From contig CM082585.2 of the NCBI GenBank assembly GCA_040954595.2, positions 7,403,808 to 7,467,807 on the forward strand: a DNA stretch of 64,000 bases. The letters run 5' to 3'. This stretch comes from Balanoglossus misakiensis. Its lineage: Eukaryota; Animalia; Hemichordata. The notes below the pieces were generated by a model. It did not search any database. It had not been told where the DNA came from and was given only the letters and a program-made list of their open reading frames with translations. The position numbers and the translations under genes are program-made. Below are positions 13,251 through 24,212 of this stretch, one piece after another (position 1 is the first letter of the stretch; each line of letters starts with the position of its first letter).

Positions 13251-16200
13251 TTACTTCTTCTTGAAGAAGCTCATCAACGAGGGCTGTTTCGTTTTCACCG
13301 GCGATTTCTTCTTCTTGGCTGGAGGAGACTCCTTTTTTGCGTCTTTTACGTTCGACTTCTTGGGCTGCTCCATCTTCTTGCTTGTTTTCTCCTCTTCATC
13401 ACTGGCGTCCGTGGACTCGCTCACATAAACTTTCTCGGTCACTGGTGAATTGAAAAAAAAAACATTTTGTAAAAAAAGTTGCACGAAAACTCCTCACAAG
13501 GGCTTGACAAAAAATCATCAAACGAGGGAAATAAACTTATTATGGATATACATGTACATGTAAAAGGACCAAGTATTCAATCGATTAAAAAAAAGTAAAA
13601 TGCCTGAAAATGACTTACCCATACAGCCTTCTTCATCCGTGAACTGTCTCGACTTCATCACCCTTTTTCGTCTCCGACGGTGACCGCTAGAACCGGCATC
13701 ATGGGACACTTTCTCTTCTGGGGGTGGGGTACTCTCCTTCTCTGGTGATTGTGGGGGTGAGGGGGAGGGTGGGGGAGAGGGGGGTTCCGGTGCTGGACTA
13801 TCAACTGACATTTCTAAGAGAACAGAAAACGCCCCAAACTAAAATTCAAATCTACAAACTTAAAAGATTTGCAACCACTTTTTTGTTCAATGAAGAAAAC
13901 AACTATTTGTTGGCGGTTGCTATATCTTATACTTGGAGAATGGTGCAGAATTCATTTCATGTGATTTCCACGGCAAAAAGAAGAGACAAATCTCACCTTC
14001 ATCACTACTACTGTCCGACATCTCTCGCACACGGCGTCTTCGTTTCTTCACCGGCCGTTCTTCTGTAATTATCAAAATGTTTCCATTATCATCAGTCGAC
14101 TGATAAATATTACGAGCCCTGCGTTTCATTTCATGCCAGTATCTTTCCCATCACTGGCTGATCAAGCCGGCATGAGGACAGTGGTTATCGCAGAATTATG
14201 GTGCAGGGATTTCTACCATTGTCTTGTCCTTTGAATTTCCATGCCACTCCTCATGTACTTACCAAATTCCTCATCAGAGTCGGGAATGACTGTTATCGGA
14301 GACTGTCGTTTCTTGGATGCAACTGTCTTCTTCTCCATTTTGACTTTCTCCTTTTCCTTTTCCGCAGGCGCATCCTTCTTCGATGCAGGCGCCGATTCTG
14401 TTCTCTTTGTTGGTTTGCTGAGGAAGGCAGCCATGCCTTTTGGTTTACTTGCAGTCTTGCAAAAAAAAAAGAAACCTTATACTGAAAGTCTGTGTAACTT
14501 GGCACTCATTTTTACTTGACGAAAAATCGTCCATCAAGTATTTTCATTTTTCAGTTGTTTGATTCCGGTCTGTCTGACTGGTGACATCAAAAGTCTCAGC
14601 CATCTTGATAATTTTTACTGACTGCAGTGACTTTTATCGTTCACCTAAGGGGTCAAATCACACCAAATTACCATATTACCTCTTTCTGTTTAACCACTTT
14701 GGCAGCACCACTCGAAGCCTCTCCCGACTTCTCTTCTTCTTTCACCTTGCTCTTGTTTGTCTTGGCGCGACTGAACATGTCCGCGATGCCCGCTTTGCCC
14801 TTCTTGGGAGCCGCCTTTGGGGGCGCTGTGCGTGACTCCCCGCCCTTGACCTCAGCCGACTTTTCTGCTGCTTTGCTCTTTCCCGCTGCGGGCTGAGCTT
14901 GGCTTGAACCCGAGGGTGCAGAAGAGCTGATCAGCTTTTCAACTTCAGCCTGAGACCTTGGCCTTGCTTTGGAACATTTTATAGAGCTGAATCTGGGAGA
15001 ACGAAATTTCAATACGATCTCAAAAAAAATCATTCAGCTTCATCCGGAAATTCCAGTCGACCACACGATATTTTTTATTTCTCACGTTGATCGTAAAACA
15101 ACCACTCTGCCTTATACTATTATACATAACAAGAACAATGCTTTCCCAATACAAGGTTTACATAAACCGCTTACTTACTTGTTGGCTTCTTGTAAAGATT
15201 CCTTTGTGATGTCATAGTCTGTCGTGTAGAGTGCGTCTGTGTCTCGGAGTACTGACTTCTGTACGCTGTAAACATGCACGCCATTGACTTTGTCCAAGTT
15301 TGACTTCGCAGCTGTGTCGTGGGAGAAAGTCATATTTGGATAGGGAAATTAAAAGAAATTTCTCCCTTTTCATAGAGAAGTAAAAACTTTCATTTTCATA
15401 TTCACATTAGGTCACCAACTTGCTGACTTTGCCAGGTAGTTACCAGGACACTGTTGGACACAACAACAACAACATTTTCGTAGTCACTAATACAAAAGAT
15501 CTGTACGAGGAAAACTTACTTTCCAAGTCATCCTCTCTAACAATGGCCACTTTTTGAACCTGGAAACAGAAAACACATCAAACAATTATCGTCCACACTT
15601 GAATTACAGTTGGGATCATTAAGTGTTCAAACAATATTTAAATACATGTATTTATGTTCTCAGAAAATCAATTTGAGGAAATCTGTTGGATGATCACTTA
15701 CAGAAACACCGTCTTTATTCTTGATTCCAGAAATCAAATATGTGATGCACACAGGCGTCTTGCTATTCTTCTGTTTTGATGCGAACGAATACAGCATTCT
15801 GAATGGAGGGGGGGGGGGGGTAATGAGGGTAGAATGTTATTTATTAACGTAATCAATGATGTACAATATTGTGCGGATGGCCACCATCATGAAATTCAGC
15901 CGATAGAAAAATCAGACCAGTGGTTTCCCCACAAATAGACATCGCAAGGAGATTTGAAAGCAGCAGTGAAAACGGGGGCTATACTTGTGAACGTGTATAC
16001 TGTATGTCACATTGTTTTGTCAACAAACCCCGGCTTGTCAAATTTCAACCACAACACTGCACATAATGCTACTTACTGTTTTGCCTGGTTGACGTGTACA
16101 GATAGTGTCTTGCTTAGCCATTTGTAAGTCACCTGAAAAAAAAGTTTGAGGTACATTAAACGGCCAAAGAAGCATTTGATTGCAATGTACAGGGATACGA

Positions 16201-16417
16201 CTAACACCTACCACTGGGTACATGTACGAATGGGTCGAGTAATCGCCCGAGTGATCGTCTGGCGAGAGCGTAGATCGATCGCTTTTGTGACGATCGGGAG
16301 GGTATATATGGACGGAGAGACTATGAACTGTGTTCCTAGGTACTAACTTACAATTTTGTCTTCGTCTAGAACAAATTCTTGTAGATTCTCGAGGTACATG
16401 TCATCTTCCACCGCCAT
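13251..16417 (-). CDS. POLD3: DNA polymerase delta subunit 3 (p66/Cdc27/Pol32)
   Basis: N-terminus MAVEDDMYLENLQEFVLDEDKI|VTYKWLSKTLSVHVNQAKQ|MLYSF (exons 16417-16352, 16132-16077, 15798-15702, 15559-15520, 15311-15179 and others). Also an HVYSVQK motif, a Lys/Glu/Pro-rich disordered middle, RRRRKRVMKSRQFTDEEGCM|VTEKVYVSES, and a C-terminal PCNA-binding PIP box QPSLMSFF. Confidence 0.95.
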
Positions 16418-17702
16418 TTTGTCTTTCCCCGCCAAGTTTTTAACTTTGACATTCGACCTTTGACCTGTGTCAAAAGGGGGCGGGGCCTTGCTTAGTTCAT
16501 GTACGCGACGGTCAGCATACGTCCGATTGCACGGGTCGTTGGCTCGACGGACCACGGTCTCTCTGGACCTTGGTGGGCGAAGATGGCTGGTCAGGCGGCT
16601 GCTAGTCGACTGAAATGTTCTTTTAACAAAACGCCATGGTAAAATTGACAAGTTAAACACATTTTATCGTCACAGGGAGCAAACGAACTGCGTAAGTGTA
16701 CGGTAGCCTGCGGTGGCGCTTTCTCCTTCCCGACAATATGCTGATGTACATTTACTTCGGGGAGAAGCCCCCAAAAAACATTTGCTATAAAACGGATTGT
16801 TTTGTTTTTATCCAGGCACTGGCTACTCAAGTTGAGAGGAAAGATTCCCAGCGGACACCCGTGTAAAACACCAGTAGAAGACAGACATGCCAAGAAGTCA
16901 CCAAGAAACAAAGACCAGGAACGGGTAAGCTTACCTTCTGGTCCACTGACTCCCCCGAATTCAAGATGACACGCCCCCTCGGCCCTGTGCGCGATTTATA
17001 GCCTTACATGCGTCACATTTTGTAAGGAAGGCATGCGTGGGAAACCCTACAATATGTTTTATTCTCTCGTGGCTACGTCACGTTTGTTTTTTGTGAGCCC
17101 ACTAGGAAATAAGGAAGTGAGTTTTTTCAAGACTTTCGAAACCAGATTTTGCGATACACCCAAACAGCAATAATCAGAGGCTGAAAAAAAACGAAATTGC
17201 ACATTTACATACACACAATACTATACATGTATCCAGTGTTCTGAACTTCCGTACAGGCATACAAGAAGGAAAAGATGTAACATTGATTCGAAACTGAGAT
17301 TAAAGCACTCTTTGTATGCACCCACCGTATCGATGACGACAACTCCTTCCTTTTAGTGCGCCCACCGTGACGGTATGTTGACGTACGAAAAGTACTGTTT
17401 CAAGGGGAAGATACACGTATACTGTCGAACCAAATCAATCAATCAGTCAAGAAATCCATACGGAACTATTGTGGCTTACACAATATAAATTTATTAATAA
17501 ATTTCAAAACACAACTTTGCTAGGTGCTAGCATCGGAATCATTCCGCACAACTTACAAAATATTGCATAACTTGAAGATAAATATTAAATAACTTTAATA
17601 TAGAACTATGGTTTCTTTGTGCGTTGGGCTTCGCCCACACCCGGTACCCCCCCCCCCCAAAAAAAATCCACTTTTTCGAAAGATTCGTTCGACTTGCGCG
17701 TT

Positions 17703-19602
17703 TCAGCATCCAATCTTGATGTCTGCGCCCCACATCAAGACATCAAACCAGCACGGTGTCTCCCGCCGACGCCTGGGGTCTTGGTCGATATTTCTACCTA
17801 TATGAATATAACACGAAAATAAAACATTTTAAAAAAATAGACATAACCTAAAAATCATGCACAGTCGACTGAAAAGTCCAAAATGTTGGATGTGCACTCA
17901 CGTTTGCTGGTGTGTACAAGATACAACTGTTCGCCCTGGCAAGTCTTTTGGATTTCTTGAGAGTTGACGAAAGAAAGGTCGCTGATATTTTCCATTTTGT
18001 CGACAGGATAGGCCAAGGTGAACCTTGGCACTCTCATAAGAATCTGGTTCTGAGAAGGGAAGACGACTCGAAATTAATTGCCATGGAAACTGTTAATTAA
18101 ACAACAGGCCCAAAAAATCAGCCCCCCCCCCCCCGCCAATGCAGTGATATTGAAAGGTATCCCCCAAAAGTTTAAAACCACGTCAATCCCGTGCAGTCGC
18201 AGTTACCCAGAATGCCCTTCAGGTTACCAACATCGTACGTGCACGAAGGGCAGTCTGGGTAAAAGAGGCTTCCGGTATACATATGTACCTGGTAATCACT
18301 GAGGAAGTCGTAGAGTTCTTGTGGCGTGTACATCATACCCTTTGCCGAAAGTTTAGCGATGTAACATGCGCTCTCCCGTTCGGGTGACGATAACTTGTAG
18401 GCTGTGTAACCCTGCAATGTGGAGCCATCATCATCAATTAATCAGTCAATCAATCATCGACGCCGTCTTTGTTGTAAAAGTTTAGGTGTCCTAAGTTAAT
18501 TTGCGTGCAACAGTACGCGTTATATTGCATTGTCCGCTCGCCGCACGGGTCGAACTAGCTCGACAAAAGTCTCCCATTCATCTCGGGGGCATATCCAGCT
18601 TCCGCGGCTGGGAAAGAGACATTTGCAGGCGAAGAAGGTGTTATGGGTACTTACTGCCTGCAAGTCGTGCACTGCGACGGCTTTGCCAATAGGGGTGCCA
18701 CCCCCGTTGACGCCGACAGGCACTTCAAATCGCTCCAGTTGGATCTTGACGTCGACAAATATACTAGAATTGTACTTGCCATCTAGCCAAATAAAGGTTA
18801 CCATTTTCTGTCACGGTGGAAAAAAATCAGACAAATCCTTACAAAATATGACAAGAACGTTTTACATGAATAACTAAAGAGCTGATGTCACAGTAGTATG
18901 CGAGCGCGTGCGCACCAAGCACAAGTGAGTCAGCAAACTTCGCAGACGTGAAACTTTCAGTCCTACTTTCGCAAGGTTGACATCAGTACAGAACAGAAAC
19001 GGAACAAGTTCTGTTTCAAATCCACCCCCCCCCCCCTCATCCCGATCAACGAAACCCGTGACTCATTCTCACCTGCAGCTCGCCCCGGTGTCTGTACGCA
19101 TACACTACGAGGACAGCCGCCGCTGAGGCCGCCGCAACCACGACCAGTAACAATCCCAGCATAACGCAAAGTAGAGCGCTTGACCGCTTATGAGTCTGAA
19201 AAAAAATATTATTAAAGTACCATACGTGTATGCATGCCGAATCCTGCTTGTTCACTACCTCCCGAGTAAAAGATTAAACAAAACTTCGGCATTTTTGATG
19301 GAATTGTGGTTTTTATCCTTTGAAGGGTACCGTCATTGCAAATACGCATACGTATAGGTATGTAGTGAGACCAAAATTTCACTGAAAAACGTGTGCGGTG
19401 GCATTTTTTTAGGAGAGAGTAAACTTGATTGATTCTAATCTTATTCCCACTGAAACCTAAAAGCGTTGACGCCAAGGCTAGTATTCGTATTAGTCTTAGA
19501 TGTACTTACATAGGATATTCCTGGCGCTAATGCCTCCCACGAGTCCATGTCCGACCGGAGAATGGGTTGTCTTTCATCGCTTTTACCTTTGAATAGTGGC
19601 AT
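17703..19602 (-). CDS. BRICHOS-domain type II membrane precursor, paralog A (~244 aa), with furin site and C-terminal Cys-loop peptide
   Basis: Exons 19602-19510, 19195-19073, 18807-18655, 18411-18289, 18049-17902, 17797-17703, in frame throughout. TM segment ALLCVMLGLLLVVVAAASAAAVLVVYAY. BRICHOS signature AVHDLQAGYTAYK..ACYIAKL..IQKTCQGEQLYLV. Ends RRRR|ETPCWFDVLMWGADIKIGC*. Confidence 0.85.
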
Positions 19603-21726
19603 TCTGTCTATGGGTGAGGGATCTGCAATATTAAGGCACAATGTACACGCCTATAAAGATTGTCAAAGTCTCTCCCGTTAATGACAAAGGGGGTTTTCCG
19701 TCACTTGTGACAAGGCCAATGTACCAACGTGATAGGTCGTTTTACGCACGAAAGTTTCTATCTTCGCTATTACATTTTATGAGACCGGGAACGATGAAAT
19801 CCATTACATGGAACAAGCAAGCAACGGTGATGCTACTAGTGGGCTAATCTTCAACCTGTGCAACTTTCTCTTTCTCGTGCGATGCACACAAATGCAATCC
19901 GGACCCGGTTGTCGTATTTGGTTACAGGTTTCTATAGAGGGCGCCGTTTTCATGATCCTTTCTCGGTTCATCTGAGGTCATAGAACGAAAGGGGTTTTTC
20001 CATCGCATCAACAAAATCGGCGATTAAGTTTTGGATAAACAGATTAGCCAGTGATTGAAAATTACTCACATGTACATTTCACAACCACTGGAAATCAATT
20101 GAACCAGTACTTTCAGGTACTGTACGTTGAAGGTTTGATAAAACGGTAACGATCGAACACTTTCACTTTCGTATCGTGTCGTATCTGCATTCCATAATAC
20201 GCCACAGTCTGTCTGCTTATTGAATAACGATTAGGCCCGATCTCATGCTCTATAATTGATACTCGCAATGCATAATCAACTCATTTTTTATTTCTTATTT
20301 TAAAAGAGACAGACTTAACAAGAACGCGTAGAAAGAATTACCTGGAAATGTTAAAGTTTAAAGATTATGCTTTTTGCGACGAATATCTGTGGCGCAGTTA
20401 TTTTCTCGCCGTCGGCCGGTTTGTTTGTTGGGTGCTACGTGATCTGTTGATCCAGTAGTGTTGTCTTTATTGTGGCATGTTAAAGTTTAACCAGGTTGGT
20501 GAGCAAGTCGATATAATTTTGCCCCGGAAAGGTCAAACTCCACTTCTGTACGTCAAATTCACCGTGACCGCTCAAACACACACACGCCAAGAGATCAGTA
20601 TAGAACATACCTTCTATTGTAAAGGTGATCTGTATGCGTCAGTTTCCGAACACGTCCCGTCAAATAAACTCGCCTATTTTGAGAACATAATCGAACGGCA
20701 CACCGAGAGGAACCATCAGCAAATGTCTTCAGCAGTATCACCCAGCTTTCACGATCGTGAATCTATAATCAAAAGCTCGGAACCGGATATCTCCGGTTAC
20801 TATAAATGTATATGTGGGATTTCCCTAGTATTCCGGGCTTTTAGTGAGGCCCAGGCCGCGTCTCAGTGCACCCGAATCTTGTTAAAACCGGGCTTTCCCC
20901 GGAGCATAATAATCGGTATATCTCGCATACGACCTTTGGCTTTAGTCACGTGAGTTTCAGTATTGAGGCCCCACAGTATACGCAGGAGCGTCATGAGTTA
21001 GAAGTTTGAGGTACGTCACGTTATCACGAGGAAATAGTCTTGTAAATTTCCACCAAGCTCACTAGATCAGATATTTTAATAATAAAGCATTTTCAAAGGA
21101 AACAAAAGTGAAAAACAAATCGGCAGAATTCGATGAACGACAACGTTTACTTTCATTAAATAAATAAAATTTATTCCGTCTGCATATTGTGGCTTCAAAC
21201 CTCGTCACATCCGTTTCCTTGTATAGGGAAATTGTAATCGCAAACATTTGAGTATGGTTCTTCTAACTCACATCTTACAGGATGGTTAACTTGAGAATGA
21301 AATGCACGTGTTTTCAAGCTTAAAAACATTTATGGCGTGGTTCTTTTCGATGCGGAAGTTCGCCGAATGACTTCACCCCAATGCAATCCTATCCTTTCAG
21401 TACACCTTGGAAACGTAACCATTCGAGTTCGGAAAATGGTATTTCACGAAGCGCACCGCTGATACGCGCGGCACGAATCGTTCATTCAAGTGTTTACACA
21501 GTACATTGTATGTACTGTTTGAAACCCTGTATATGGCCACAACGCAGCATCGACATTGAAGAGGGTGATATCCTGTGAAAATAAGTTTCCTTTGAAAGTG
21601 ACATTCGGAAGAGAGTAAACGACACTGATGATTTTTTGGGGTGCTTTGCTTCGATAGATAGATTATTACTTTATTGACGACGAATTAACAATAATCTCAA
21701 AAATGAGACCCGCTCCGTACATGTTT

Positions 21727-22011
21727 GGATCGTATCCTAGTTTTTGTAAATACAAATACAAGGTCAGAAAAGGAGAAAGAAAGATACATGTTTCAGCCCA
21801 ATATAGAAACATTATTTCCTTATGAACACGTATTATATAGAACTCATTTGTAAAACAAATGCAAAAGGTAAACTAGGATCGTATCCTAGTTTTTGTAAAT
21901 ACAAATACAAGGCCAGAAAAGGATAGAGAAAGGTACATGTTACAGCCCAATATAGAAACATTATTTCCTTATGAACACGTATAGAACTCAGTTGTAAAAC
22001 AAATGCAAAAG
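21727..22011. repeat. Two-copy tandem duplication (~149 bp period) downstream of BRICHOS paralog B
   Basis: GGATCGTATCCTAGTTTTTGTAAATACAAATACAAGG..GTAAAACAAATGCAAAAG starts at both 21727 and 21876, with several substitutions and small indels. Confidence 0.9.
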
Positions 22012-22056
22012 TTAATCATCAAACTGGTAAATGAATAAGGTAGAGGGCATGCACCG

Positions 22057-24212
22057 CTAAAATAGATTGCCTATGATCCCATCGAGATCTGCGCAGAACA
22101 GTTTTACATTGATGACCCACAGTGGAATGTCGATCAGGCACACGTCCGTGTCGCCGCGTCTTAAACGTCTGGCGTTACCTGTTGAGAAAGGAGAAAGCAC
22201 GCCAGTAGTCGTCAAATGCCTATTACGGTAAACGCGTAAGGTCACAACCCTTTCTTTTGTGTTAATCCACAGAAATATCATGAGGTATATTGCGCATGCT
22301 TAGCTTTCAGTCACATTCGGATAATTTCGACCAATCAGAAGTTTCTTTGCCCGCGAGAGAGCGGATTGTGTATAACTGTAGGACTGATGCCTATAACCGC
22401 TGCAGAGATCCCCATTGAACTGTAACTGCGCCAACTAACATCCCTTCAAATATAAACACTCTAACTCACCGCAGGTCTCCAGGTAGAACGATATTTGAAC
22501 TCCCGCGCAGGTTTTCGAGATCTCGTGAGAGTTGTACCTATTCAGGTCCCAGATTTTTTCGGTCTTTTCGGGAAGGCAGGTCAGAGTGTACTTCGGGTCT
22601 CTAAGAATCTTCTGATCCTGTTAAGAGTAAAATGGTGTGATTATTATCTAACAGAATATTAAGACATCCATTTAATGCATAGAGATGGCGTTTCTAGGGA
22701 GATAATCGACTCCAAGTAGGCCTACCCCGTAGCTGCTCAAGAAGACAGATAGATCGTCCGGGTTGTACTTCACGAAAGTTCTGTTCAACTTGGACACGTA
22801 ACACACCCCATCGCTGTCACCGATCGACACCCGGTAAGCGGTGTAACCCTGTGCCGAATAGAGAAAAAAATGTCAATGTTTTAATGATAGCCTCTAATGT
22901 TAATGCGTGATGCATCGTCTTGTCTTATTACAAGATCGCCACATTTCAAGTCCTGGTTTGTCTTCAACTTCCAAATTCTCGTTATCGCAACGAAAATTTA
23001 AATTCTAGGCGTTTTTTTCGGCCATACTTCATTCAAAACCCTAAGTTAGCCAAGTATGGTTTTCACAAAGGTTTGAGGATCGCACCCGGTACTTACCGCG
23101 TTGAAATCGTGGACAACGACAGCTTTCCCCATGATGATGCGACCGTTGTGCTCCATCTGGACCGGCATCTCTAGTCTCTCGATCTGCTCAGCCGGGTCAA
23201 CGGTGATCTTGGTATCGTACAAGCCGCTTCCACCGTAGAAGACCACTGTTCTCTGCGGAACAAGAAGGTCCCAGACTCCGATTTGGCATTTTGTCGCAAA
23301 TGATGCAGAAGCCCGTGATTTTTTTTTAAATTGTTCTAGAGGCTCTTGCACAGAAACCGAAACTGTGTTGCTCAATAACGAAAGCGAAAATCCTCCTTCG
23401 TATTATGCTTGAATCAGCAACCATCATATAACATGCTGAACTGTCAAACCCAGGGCACTTAACCCATCGATATACAACACACCGTATATTTATACCCGTG
23501 TAATGTGCCTTCCCTGATAAATTAGTACATGTAGTATTCGGGGTGCAGCTGGGTCGTTCACACCACTAGCAAAAAACGCACTGTTTGTTTCCCGTAATTC
23601 CATTCAAAACGGGATGTCTCACTTTTTGAAAAATACACCGATATACATACTTCTATGGCAGCCTGACTCGAATGGTATGACACGATTGCCAATGTCATGG
23701 CAACGACAGCAATCACCAGAACGAGGCCAAGTACAATCCAGAGACACGTCTTCCCACCTGACTTCCGGTATACCTATTAAATGAATGCATAAGTATTTAT
23801 AATGTTCATAAAAGTATTTCGTATATGAAAACTTTAAAATTTGCAAGGCTACTAACAGCTTAACATAAAAATGCTTGGTTTTACAAATCTTTCTCTCAGG
23901 ATTTCCATTAAGTGAAAAAATGATATCGTCTTATATGTATATAACATTTTCACGTTTTACGGGTTTGTATTCGAAGCAGGTCGAATTCTCGTGAGCTCCC
24001 TTCCGTTCTGTGAAACTATATACAATATTGGTAAATTGTAATTCGCGTAGAGGAGAAATGAATGAAAAAATTCCAAACAAATCTGTGAGGGGAAGTGAAG
24101 GCAGAAATGGACTTACATACACCAGTTTCTGTGACGCGTTGCTTGACCAGCCGTCGTCGTCCTGATGCATAATCGGCAAACCCTCTTCGTTCTTAGTTCG
24201 GTAGACCGACAT
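22057..24212 (-). CDS. BRICHOS-domain type II membrane precursor, paralog B (~255 aa), with furin site and C-terminal Cys-loop peptide
   Basis: Exons 24212-24117, 23773-23651, 23252-23097, 22848-22726, 22617-22470, 22178-22057. Start has a strong Kozak context (gccaccATG). TM segment CLWIVLGLVLVIAVVAMTLAIVSY. BRICHOS VVHDFNAGYTAYR..VCYVSKL..ISKTCAGVQISF. Ends RRLRR|GDTDVCLIDIPLWVINVKLFCADLDGIIGNLF*. Three internal exon lengths (123, 123, 148 nt) and all intron phases match paralog A. Confidence 0.87.

Noticed and set aside
14070-14260. Short inverted repeats in a POLD3 intron as a possible snoRNA
   Set aside because: No convincing C/D or H/ACA box arrangement.
20477-20953. 158-aa ORF between the BRICHOS paralogs
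   Set aside because: No domain resemblance or coding-like bias.
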